Positions 8,928 to 17,464 of a stretch of 64,000 bases of DNA are shown here, piece after piece. The notes below the pieces were generated by a model. It ran no database searches. It was given only the letters and a program-made list of their open reading frames with translations, and was not told the origin of the DNA. Each line of letters begins with the position of its first letter. Position 1 is the stretch's first letter. The DNA comes from an uncultured Candidatus Binatia bacterium (lineage in GTDB: Bacteria > Desulfobacterota > Binatia > Bin18), in the NCBI GenBank assembly GCA_965200965.1, contig OZ241744.1:1504001-1568000 (forward strand), given 5' to 3'. Position numbers and translations under genes: made by a program.

Positions 8928-9848
8928 GTGCGGGTCCATGTCCTAGGCTCCGGGGCCGGAGGCGGCTTTCCCCAATGGAATTGCAACTGCCCAAACTGCC
9001 GCAATTTCCGGGCCGGCACAGTCAGGGCCCGAGCCAGAACCCAAGCCTCGATTGCCGTCAGCGCCGACGGCCAGGGCTGGTATCTCATCAATGCCGGTCC
9101 CGATATCCGTCAGCAGATTCAGACCTTCCCCGCCCTTGAGCCGGACCGCAGCCCGCGTCATACGCCCATCTCTGCCATCCTGTTGACCAACGCCGAAATT
9201 GACCACGTCGCTGGTCTGTTATCGCTCAGGGAGTCACAGCCCCTCAGCCTGTACGCCAGCCACCAAGTCCAGGGCTGGCTGCTGGAGACGAACGCCATGT
9301 TTCGGACGGTGTGTGCCCCCCCGCGCTGCAGGTGGCACAGCCTCGAGTATGGCGCTGCCTACGACCTTATCGGGGTTGAGGGCAAACCGAGCGGGCTGAG
9401 CTATGAGGCCTTTGTCGTTTCCGGCCGAGCGCCGGCCTACCTGTTGGGCCGCGTGTCGGACTGGAGCGAGGCGTCGGTCGGCTACAAAATTATCGACCGC
9501 CACAGCGGTCGCTCGCTGGTCTATGTGCCGGGTATCAAGGCCCTCAACGACCGCGTGCTGGCCTACCTCCGGAACTGTGATACCTTCTTTTTAGACGGCA
9601 CATGTTGGACCGACGACGAAATGATCAGCGTCGGCCTAGCCCAAAAGACATCGCTGTCAATGGGCCACATCCCGATGACAGGACCGGACGGCAGCCTCGA
9701 ACAGCTGGCCAACTCAGGCAAGGTGCGCAAGGTCTACACCCATCTGAATAATACCAACCCTGTCCTCATCGAGGACTCAGCCGAGCGGCGGACGGTTGAA
9801 GCGGCCGGCTGGGAAGTGGCCTTTGATGGCATGGACTTTGAGGTGTAA
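8928..9848 (+). CDS. pqqB: PQQ biosynthesis protein PqqB (metallo-beta-lactamase fold)
   Basis: LGSGAGGGFPQWNCNCPNC, DHVAGLLSLRE, HLNNTNP and DGMDFEV motifs; GTG at 8928 after a GAGGAAG RBS. Confidence 0.95.
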   Translation: MRVHVLGSGAGGGFPQWNCNCPNCRNFRAGTVRARARTQASIAVSADGQGWYLINAGPDIRQQIQTFPALEPDRSPRHTPISAILLTNAEIDHVAGLLSLRESQPLSLYASHQVQGWLLETNAMFRTVCAPPRCRWHSLEYGAAYDLIGVEGKPSGLSYEAFVVSGRAPAYLLGRVSDWSEASVGYKIIDRHSGRSLVYVPGIKALNDRVLAYLRNCDTFFLDGTCWTDDEMISVGLAQKTSLSMGHIPMTGPDGSLEQLANSGKVRKVYTHLNNTNPVLIEDSAERRTVEAAGWEVAFDGMDFEV

Positions 9849-9851
9849 GCC

Positions 9852-10589
9852 GTGAGCGCAACGCAAGCACAACGGTGGAGCCGGGAGGCATTCATTGAGC
9901 GCTTACGCGCGGTGGGCGAGGCCGGCTACCACGATAAGCATCCGTTCCATGTCCTGATGCACGAGGGCAAGCTGACCAAGCGGCAACTCCAGGCCTGGAT
10001 TGAGAACCGTTTTTACTATCAGACGATCATTCCCAAAAAAGATGCGGCCATTATGGCCCGCATTGAGGACCCGGTGGTGCGGCGGGCCTGGATTCAGCGC
10101 ATCCTTGACCATGACGGCACGACCGACAATCCCGACGGTGGGATTCATAAATGGCTGGTCCTGGGCGAAGCGGCAGGGCTGAGGCGGCAAGACATGATCG
10201 CCCTGCGCTATGTGCTGCCCGGTGTGCGCTTTGCGGTCAATGCCTATCTGAGCTATGTCAAAGACCATTCCCTGATGGAGGCCGTCGCCTCGTCGCTGAC
10301 CGAACTGTTCGCCCCAAGGCTGATGGCCAGACGGCTGCCGGCCTTTGAGCAGCACTATCCGTGGGTCAAACAGCAGGGCTTGGAGTATTTTCGAGCCCGC
10401 CTGAGCCAGGCACCGCGCGATGTTGAATTTGGCCTTGCGTATGTGATTCAAGAGTGCAAAACGCGCGAGCAACAAGAGCAGGCCATCGTCGCCCTCAAAA
10501 CCAAGTGTCACATTCTGTGGTGCCTGCTTGACGCCGTTCATTTTGCGTATGTCTCCCCCGGCTTGCTGCCGCCGCTGTGGGGGGAATAG
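9852..10589 (+). CDS. pqqC: Pyrroloquinoline-quinone synthase PqqC
   Basis: [21 protein letters not shown] and [10 protein letters not shown] motifs. Confidence 0.96.
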   Translation: MSATQAQRWSREAFIERLRAVGEAGYHDKHPFHVLMHEGKLTKRQLQAWIENRFYYQTIIPKKDAAIMARIEDPVVRRAWIQRILDHDGTTDNPDGGIHKWLVLGEAAGLRRQDMIALRYVLPGVRFAVNAYLSYVKDHSLMEAVASSLTELFAPRLMARRLPAFEQHYPWVKQQGLEYFRARLSQAPRDVEFGLAYVIQECKTREQQEQAIVALKTKCHILWCLLDAVHFAYVSPGLLPPLWGE

Positions 10590-10599
10590 AGGCGCGTCT

Positions 10600-10881
10600 A
10601 TGGCTGACCCGCAAGAAACCTGGCGTCCCCGGCTGGCCACAAAAGCCCGTCTGCGGTGGGATACGATCGAGCAGCAACACATGTTGATGTTTCCCGAAGC
10701 GGCCCTCAAGCTGAACGCCACCGCGGCCGAGGTGCTCAAGCTGTGTGACGGCCAACGGACCGTAGCCCAGATCGTTGACGCCCTGCTGAGGAAGTTCTCC
10801 ACCGCCGACCGCCAGGTGGTTGAAGGCAACGTCAGGCAGCTGTTGACCCGCATCCGCCGCCGCGGGCTCCTGGAGAACTAG
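10600..10881 (+). CDS. pqqD: PqqD peptide chaperone
   Basis: RPRLA...FPEAALKLNATAAEVLKLCDG; lies between pqqC and pqqE. Start reassigned to ATG 10600. Confidence 0.93.
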   Translation: MADPQETWRPRLATKARLRWDTIEQQHMLMFPEAALKLNATAAEVLKLCDGQRTVAQIVDALLRKFSTADRQVVEGNVRQLLTRIRRRGLLEN

Positions 10882-11985
10882 ATGCCCGTCCCGCGTCCCT
10901 ACACCCTGGTTGCCGAACTGACCTACCGTTGTCCGCTCAGGTGTCTGTACTGTTCCAACCCGCTTGAATTCCATGTCATGCAAGACGAACTCAGCACCGA
11001 GCAGTGGTGCCAGACATTCACGCACGCGGCCGTCCTCGGCGTTGTCCAAGTCCATCTGTCGGGCGGCGAGCCGCTGGTCCGTAACGATATTGCGGCCTTG
11101 ATTCGGCACGCTCGGAAGTGTGAGCTGTACACCAACCTGATCACCGGCGGGACGCTGCTGAACGAGGCCAGGCTGAGAGAGTTTCGTGACTGCGGTCTGG
11201 ATCATATTCAACTCAGCCTCCAGGACACCCGGCGCGGGCCGGCCGAGTTGGTGGCCGGCCTCAGGTCGTATGACAAGAAACTCGAGGTGGCCCGGTTGAT
11301 TACACGGCTCGGCTACCCGCTGACGATTAACGTGGTCCTGCACAGGCTGAATATCGAACGCGTACCCGAGCTGATCCGTCAAGCGGCCGAGCTGGGTGCC
11401 CAGCGGCTCGAGTTGGCCAATACCCAGTACTACGCCTGGGCGTTTGAAAACCGTCGTGCCCTGCTGCCGTCCCGCGACACATATGAGCGCGCCGAGGCCA
11501 TCGCGCGGCAGGCACGGAAACAGTATGAAGGCGCACTGGAGATTGCCTTTGTCAAAATTGACTACTATGAAGACGCGCCCAAGGCCTGCTCAGGCGGCTG
11601 GGCCCGCAGCTCTATGTGCATCACGCCGACCGGCGAAGTTCTGCCCTGCCACGCCGCGCACGCGATTGAGCGGCTGCGGTTTGAGAGCGTCAAAAACCGG
11701 CCGCTGACCGAAATCTGGCCCGACTCGCCGGGGCTGAACGCCTTTCGCGGCTTCGACTGGATGCAGGAGCCATGTCGCAGTTGTCCGCGGCAAGAGCAGG
11801 ATTTTGGCGGGTGTCGGTGTCAGGCTTTTCTGCTGACCGGCGACGCCGCGGCAACCGACCCGGTGTGCAAACTCTCCCCGCGGCATGAGGTCGTGGTGCA
11901 GGCCGCGGCCGAGCCGGTGGAGGACCAGCCACAGCTGGTCTACCGCGATATGAAAAACAGCCAGCGTTTGTCGGCTCGCCCATGA
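10882..11985 (+). CDS. pqqE: Radical SAM/SPASM peptide cyclase PqqE
   Basis: AELTYRCPLRCLYCSNP (CxxxCxxC), PKACSGGW, PCH and CRSC...GGCRCQA. Confidence 0.96.
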   Translation: MPVPRPYTLVAELTYRCPLRCLYCSNPLEFHVMQDELSTEQWCQTFTHAAVLGVVQVHLSGGEPLVRNDIAALIRHARKCELYTNLITGGTLLNEARLREFRDCGLDHIQLSLQDTRRGPAELVAGLRSYDKKLEVARLITRLGYPLTINVVLHRLNIERVPELIRQAAELGAQRLELANTQYYAWAFENRRALLPSRDTYERAEAIARQARKQYEGALEIAFVKIDYYEDAPKACSGGWARSSMCITPTGEVLPCHAAHAIERLRFESVKNRPLTEIWPDSPGLNAFRGFDWMQEPCRSCPRQEQDFGGCRCQAFLLTGDAAATDPVCKLSPRHEVVVQAAAEPVEDQPQLVYRDMKNSQRLSARP

Positions 11986-12051
11986 GTGACACCACCACCT
12001 GGCAGTCGTCCGCTTCACCAGGCAAGCCCGGCGGTCCAAAGGAGGAACAAA

Positions 12052-12603
12052 GTGGGCGATGACCGCCCGACCAGGAAGAGATCATCACCCACTTTGCACG
12101 GCGTGGACTCCGCTGTTCTTATCATGGGCGGGCTGACCCTGGCCCTGGTCGGCTGGGCATTTGTCAAAGGCCCGGACCTGCCGCTCAAGGGCGTTCAGGC
12201 CAGTCTGGAGTTGTTCCGGGGCGTCTGGCTGCCGCTGCTGCTCGGATTTTGTTTAGCCGGATTTTTCAACGTCCTGGTTCCCCGCGAACTGCTCGTCAAG
12301 TGGATGGGCGAGCAGGCCGGGCTTCGCGGCATCCTGATTGCCTGGCTGATCGGTCTGCTCATGCCGGGCGGTCCCTATGTCGTGTTTCCCATCGCTGCCG
12401 CCCTCCTCAAGCAGGGCGTCGCCGTCGGCCCCCTGCTAGCCTTTATTACGGCCAAGGCCCTGCTCTCGCCAACCCGACTGTTGAGCTGGGAAGTGCCCTT
12501 CCTGGGCTGGCCGTTTGTAGCCGCCCGGGCGATTCCGAGCCTGCTTTTTCCCCCGATCATCGGCCTGATTGGTCAGCGCCTGTTTCAGCTGTTTTCCAAA
12601 TAA
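12052..12603 (+). CDS. Small membrane permease (DUF318/ArsP-like)
   Basis: Hydrophobic helices; GLRGILIA...PGGPYVVFPIAAALLKQG motif. GGAGG RBS before GTG 12052 (alternative start 11986). Confidence 0.65.
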   Translation: MGDDRPTRKRSSPTLHGVDSAVLIMGGLTLALVGWAFVKGPDLPLKGVQASLELFRGVWLPLLLGFCLAGFFNVLVPRELLVKWMGEQAGLRGILIAWLIGLLMPGGPYVVFPIAAALLKQGVAVGPLLAFITAKALLSPTRLLSWEVPFLGWPFVAARAIPSLLFPPIIGLIGQRLFQLFSK

Positions 12604-12608
12604 GCACC

Positions 12609-13943
12609 TCAACTGCCCATGTGGGTCTGGAGAGCCAAGAGGCCGCTCCCGGCCTGGACGGCGACCAGCTTCTTGAGCGGCACTACCACCATATCGCTCT
12701 CAGCCTCAATCTGGCCTATCCGCTCTTCGACTTGGGCCCGGATTTCATCCGCCCGCGCCCGCTCACCGGCGTCTGTGGCCAGCCGGTAGACCTGGCCCAG
12801 ATACAGAGCGGGATGCAGAGTGCGGCACACCAGCGCGTCAAACGCCTGGGCTGTGGTGGCCTCTTCGGCATAGGCCGGCTCTTGGATCTGTTTGTGCTGG
12901 GCGGCCAGTCGTTTCGGCGTCCGTCGAACATAATCGGCCACCGAGCGAAACAGCCGATTGGCGGGGACCTTGCCCTGTAAGGCTGAGAAATGGGCCTCAA
13001 TCAGCCCGAGGGTCTCTTGCGTGCGCCGCATACCCTCGGCCAGCGCGTCGCGCCGTGACCGCCCATTCGGAGAGCTGTCGGCCAGGGCCGGGTCGGTGAA
13101 GTACGGCAGCTCACACACCAGGGTCAGGGCGTCGGGCACCCGCTCTTGCAGGTAGTCGGCCGAGCTGGTCCCGGTCAGAAGAGACTCAGCCGGGTCTCCC
13201 CCAAGGGTTTTGAGCAGATAGTCGTAGCTGTCCCGAACGCTGAAAAACGGATACACCGCCGGGGCCCAGGGCCGGATATAGGGCACTTCAGGCTCACCCT
13301 GATGGAGTTCCAGACCCTGGGCTGCTACCAGCCGGCGAAACTGCCCAAACAGGGCCGGCAGACACCGCGAGGCGTAAAAATAGACGCCGCAGAAACTGGC
13401 GTTATGCAGGGAGTAACAAAAGCGGGGACGATAGTCCTCCATCAGCCGCATCAGGACCTGGGTCTCGGCCGACGGGGTAGAAAAGTGCAAGGTCTTATAG
13501 TCAACAGGAAAGCCCCACTCGACCTGTTCAGCCTGGGTCGGCCGGTAATAGTGCAGCGCATAGCGAAGCGGAGAGAACCCGCTTTTGAGCCAACCGGCGT
13601 TGAGCGCCAACCCATCGGGGTCAACGACTTTGACGATCAGAAAGGTCGTATCAAGCTCCCGGCGTATATCGCGGCGCTCGCACAGCAGCCGGCTCAAAAA
13701 GTCAAGGCTGAGCGTTCCGACCGGCTCGTTGGGGTGGGGCACGCCGAACAGCAGCGCCGTCTGCGAGCCGTGGCCGATGCTCAGCAGTTCAATCGGTCGT
13801 CCGTCCGTTGATGTCCCAACCTGCCGCAGGCGGGCCAAGTCTGGAAATTCTTCAACGAGCCGGACCGAGTTGTGGTGCAACTCGTCGGGCAACAGAAACT
13901 CCTGGTAGTCGGGAATGGTATGCAAAATATCGCTGAGGTCCAT
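12609..13943 (-). CDS. M14-family zinc carboxypeptidase, cytoplasmic
   Basis: HPNE (HxxE), DPDG, SLHN third ligand and CELPY putative catalytic Glu; no signal peptide. Confidence 0.8.
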   Translation of the reverse strand: MDLSDILHTIPDYQEFLLPDELHHNSVRLVEEFPDLARLRQVGTSTDGRPIELLSIGHGSQTALLFGVPHPNEPVGTLSLDFLSRLLCERRDIRRELDTTFLIVKVVDPDGLALNAGWLKSGFSPLRYALHYYRPTQAEQVEWGFPVDYKTLHFSTPSAETQVLMRLMEDYRPRFCYSLHNASFCGVYFYASRCLPALFGQFRRLVAAQGLELHQGEPEVPYIRPWAPAVYPFFSVRDSYDYLLKTLGGDPAESLLTGTSSADYLQERVPDALTLVCELPYFTDPALADSSPNGRSRRDALAEGMRRTQETLGLIEAHFSALQGKVPANRLFRSVADYVRRTPKRLAAQHKQIQEPAYAEEATTAQAFDALVCRTLHPALYLGQVYRLATDAGERARADEIRAQVEERIGQIEAESDMVVVPLKKLVAVQAGSGLLALQTHMGS

Positions 13944-14062
13944 AGCTCTCTACCCATGCCCCAAGCCGTCCGACGGGTCAATGCGTGGCCTGTCCCTGCT
14001 TGACACGCCAGAGGGAGTCGTGTTTGTCTTCAGCCCTCAGAGCAGGAAAGCTCCCCGCATCC

Positions 14063-15343
14063 ATGAGCACGCCCCAATCCCCGCCGGCCCAAGCCGATAC
14101 CAGCCTCGTTCGTTTTCTGAAAACCCTCGGGCCGGGACTGTTGTTCGCCAGTACCGCAATTGGCGTCTCCCACCTCGTGCAGTCCACGCGGGCCGGGGCC
14201 AGCTACGGCTACGCCCTGCTGTGGGCCATCGTCGCGGCCAATCTACTCAAGTATTCGGCCTTTGAATCTGCCCCACGCTATACCAACGCCACCGGCGAGA
14301 GCCTGATAGACGGCTATCTGCGCCTCGGCAAATGGATGCTGTATGTGTATCTGCTGATTACCATTGCGCCGCTGTTTATCATCAACGCGGCGATCGGCTT
14401 CACCACCGCCGGACTGCTGAATAATCTGTTGGGTCTGGACATCTCCGCGGCGACAACCGCCCTGTTTCTGCTGGCCGTGTGTGTCGGGGTACTCTCGGTC
14501 GGAGACTACAGTCTGCTCGACAATCTCATCAAGATGGTCTGTGTCGTCCTGTTTGTGTCCACGCTTGTCGCCTTCATCCTGACCGTGACGCGCGGCCCGG
14601 TCACATCGGTTCCATTCTATTCGTCCGAAATCTGGACCGCTTCGGGTTTCGCGTTTTTGATCGCCCTGATGGGCTGGATGCCGGCCCCGGTCGATCTGTC
14701 GGCCTGGAACAGCCTGTGGACCCTGGAGCGCATCAAGCAGACCGGGTATCGGCCGGCTATGCGCGAAACCCTGCTTGACTTTAAGATCGGCTATGCCATG
14801 ACCGCCTTTCTGGCGGTGTGTTTCATGACCCTGGGCGCGTTCATCATGTACGGCTCGGGGCAGTCCTTCTCCCACCAGAGCGGCGTCCAATTCACCAACC
14901 AGGTCGTGCGGCTGTACACCGCCACGCTGGGCGACTGGAGTTATGCGATTATTGCCGCATCCGCCTTTTCGGTCATGTTCAGCACCACCCTGGTCGTGCT
15001 TGACGGCTATGCGCGGGCGATGGAGCGGACGTGTGTGCTGTTGTTTTTGAGCGGCCACAGGAGCCGGCGGATGTATACCCTGTGGGTGGTGGTCAGTGCG
15101 CTTGGGGCCTATTGGATGATCGTCCAGTTCGTGACCAGCTTTACCACCCTCGTTGACTTGGCCACGATTATATCGTTTCTGGTTGCCCCGATTCTGGCCG
15201 CCGCCAACTACAAGCTGGTGGTTGGCGCATATATGCCCCCGGACGCCCGACCGCCGGACTGGTTGCGGCGGCTGGGCGTTCTTGGGATCGTCTTTCTGAG
15301 CGTTTTCAGCCTACTCTATGCCGCCATGCGGCTGCTGGCCTGA
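14063..15343 (+). CDS. NRAMP-like (APC superfamily) divalent metal/solute transporter
   Basis: LGPGLLFASTAIGVSHLVQSTRAGA and LMGWMPAPVDLS; about 11 TM helices. Confidence 0.72.
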   Translation: MSTPQSPPAQADTSLVRFLKTLGPGLLFASTAIGVSHLVQSTRAGASYGYALLWAIVAANLLKYSAFESAPRYTNATGESLIDGYLRLGKWMLYVYLLITIAPLFIINAAIGFTTAGLLNNLLGLDISAATTALFLLAVCVGVLSVGDYSLLDNLIKMVCVVLFVSTLVAFILTVTRGPVTSVPFYSSEIWTASGFAFLIALMGWMPAPVDLSAWNSLWTLERIKQTGYRPAMRETLLDFKIGYAMTAFLAVCFMTLGAFIMYGSGQSFSHQSGVQFTNQVVRLYTATLGDWSYAIIAASAFSVMFSTTLVVLDGYARAMERTCVLLFLSGHRSRRMYTLWVVVSALGAYWMIVQFVTSFTTLVDLATIISFLVAPILAAANYKLVVGAYMPPDARPPDWLRRLGVLGIVFLSVFSLLYAAMRLLA

Positions 15344-15454
15344 ACGAACCCTATCGGAGAGAGTCCAGGAATCGTCAGCTCTGTACCGGGTTGACTTTTG
15401 ATTTTTCCCCCTTCTTATCGTATGTATCACTCTACAAGGCAAGAAGGGAAGCAC

Positions 15455-16336
15455 ATGTCGGCAGGAGAACGAACTCAACACATTCTTGACGAGGCGGAGG
15501 CCGCGAGTTGGATTGAGGACGGCATGGCGGTCGCGGTCGGCGAGCCGGCCCCAATGGCCCTGCTGCGGCATATCATCCGGCGCAAGGTGTCACACCTGAC
15601 GGTCGTGGCCAGCGGTCTAGCTCTGGACCTGCTGATTGCCGCCGGGTGTGTGGCCAAAGCCATCAGCTACTACGCCGGCGGCGGCTTTGGGGTCGCAGTC
15701 GCGCCCTCGTTTCGGCGCGCGGTTGAGCGCGGCCAGGTCGAAACCTGGGAGTGTGAAGAGGGCATCCTGACGGCCGGGCTGCGGGCCGCGGCTCAGGCTC
15801 TGCCGTTTCTGCCCTGGCGCGGCGGGGTCGGTACCTCGCTGCCTGAGGTCAACCCCGACCTCAAGGTCATTACCGACCCGATCCAGGGTGAAACTTTACT
15901 CGCCGTGCCGGCGATCAAACCCGATGTCACCCTCCTCCACGCCGCCACCTCAGACCCCTACGGGAATGTCCAGCACTTCGGCGGGCCGGGCTGGCTTGAC
16001 CTGTTTCTGTACCGGGCGGCCGAGCGGACGATTGTACAGGTCGAAAAAATCATCGCCAACGAGGATGTCCGCAGCAATCCGTGGGCGACGACTATTGCCG
16101 CCGCGGACGGTGTGGTGCGTATGCCCTACGGCGCGCATCCGTTCTATAGTCGAGGCTATTACATTACCGACAGCGCGTTCTTAAAAACCTATGTGCGGGC
16201 CGCCACCACCGCCACCCAAGATGACCCGGCAGCCCTTCAGCACTTTCTGAGCTACTACTGCCGAGAACCCGGGACGCACGGCGATTATCTGGAACGCATC
16301 GGGATTAAGCGCCTGCTCTCGCTGTATGAATACTGA
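15455..16336 (+). CDS. Class I CoA-transferase-like alpha subunit (GctA/IpdA-like)
   Basis: GLRAAAQALPFLP, VPAIKPDVTLLHA...DPYGN, QVEKI and PYGAHP motifs. Confidence 0.85.
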   Translation: MSAGERTQHILDEAEAASWIEDGMAVAVGEPAPMALLRHIIRRKVSHLTVVASGLALDLLIAAGCVAKAISYYAGGGFGVAVAPSFRRAVERGQVETWECEEGILTAGLRAAAQALPFLPWRGGVGTSLPEVNPDLKVITDPIQGETLLAVPAIKPDVTLLHAATSDPYGNVQHFGGPGWLDLFLYRAAERTIVQVEKIIANEDVRSNPWATTIAAADGVVRMPYGAHPFYSRGYYITDSAFLKTYVRAATTATQDDPAALQHFLSYYCREPGTHGDYLERIGIKRLLSLYEY

Positions 16337-16382
16337 GAGCGTGAAACGTCACCTCCGACAAAAGAGGAGCTGGTGTCTTCCT

Positions 16383-17186
16383 ATGACCACCCAAAACGGC
16401 TGCACCGCCCAAGAAATCATGGCCGTGTTTCTGGCCCGTGAGCTGCAAGACGGTGAGCTGCTCCAGGTTGGCGTGGCCATGCCGGTAGCCGAGGCCGCGG
16501 TCCGCCTCGCCCACAGTCTGCACGGCCCGAACATGGAACTGATCTTTCTCGGCACGCGCCTGAATGTCGCCCACCTCGACAGTCTGCCCATGCCGGCCTT
16601 TGGCTGGGACCGGCGGGTCGTGCGTTGGGCCGAATCGTACAGCGACACCGGACACCGCTTTGACCGGCTGAAAGACTGGTACAAGCGGGTCTTTTTTATC
16701 GGCGGGGTGCAGGTTGACCCCCACGGCAACACCAATTTAATCGGCGTTGGGTCTGAGTATACACAGATGCGCTTTCGCGGCCCGGGTTCGGTCGGCACGC
16801 CGACCCTGAGCAGCCACGTTGGCCGCTATTACATTGTGCTCAACTCCCACACGGCCCGCACCTTTGTTGAGCGTTGCGATTATATCAGCACCGTCGGCTG
16901 GGGCTCGGGCGGAGCAGATGCCCGCAAAAAACTGGGCCTTCCCGGCGGGGGTCCCAAGTATTGCATCACACCGCTATGCGTCATGGACTTTACCGAAGAC
17001 GAAAAGCGCATGCGGCTGCGCTCCCTCCACCCGGGCGTGTCGGTCAAGCAGGTCGAGGCCCACACCGGCTTTCCCCTTGTCATCCCCGAGCGGGTTCCCA
17101 CCACCGCACTGCCCACCGCCGAAGAACTGCACATCCTGCGCAGCCGGGTTGACCGGGCCGGAGTCCTGCGCCGAGAAAGGGGCTGA
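16383..17186 (+). CDS. Class I CoA-transferase-like beta subunit (GctB-like), catalytic Glu apparently absent
   Basis: ARELQDGE, GGVQVDPHGNTN, GPGSVG and SLHPGVSV..V..HTGF motifs; GAGGAG RBS. Confidence 0.85.
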   Translation: MTTQNGCTAQEIMAVFLARELQDGELLQVGVAMPVAEAAVRLAHSLHGPNMELIFLGTRLNVAHLDSLPMPAFGWDRRVVRWAESYSDTGHRFDRLKDWYKRVFFIGGVQVDPHGNTNLIGVGSEYTQMRFRGPGSVGTPTLSSHVGRYYIVLNSHTARTFVERCDYISTVGWGSGGADARKKLGLPGGGPKYCITPLCVMDFTEDEKRMRLRSLHPGVSVKQVEAHTGFPLVIPERVPTTALPTAEELHILRSRVDRAGVLRRERG

Positions 17187-17188
17187 AC

Positions 17189-17461
17189 ATGGCCAACCGG
17201 GTGACCAATATGGACCGCAAGCGCGACCGGGCCCAGCGTACCGTTGGCTATGCGTGTACTTTGGCCGATGGCCGGCACATTCAGGTCTGGGTGTCTCAGG
17301 ACGAGCTGGATCTCGAGTTTCACGGCCTGGACCTCAAGAAAGCGTGCCGTCTGGCCGCGGAGCGAGCCTCGGCCCACGACATCGAGACCGGACAGCTGAC
17401 CGTCTCACGCGCCCTGCTCACTGAGGCTGAAGCGCGTGAGTCAGGCAGCGGGCGACGCTAG
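17189..17461 (+). CDS. Small hypothetical protein (90 aa)
   Basis: Fills the gap between the beta subunit and shc almost exactly (2-3 bp spacers); GC3-rich codon usage like its neighbours. Confidence 0.65.
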   Translation: MANRVTNMDRKRDRAQRTVGYACTLADGRHIQVWVSQDELDLEFHGLDLKKACRLAAERASAHDIETGQLTVSRALLTEAEARESGSGRR

Positions 17462-17464
17462 CCT

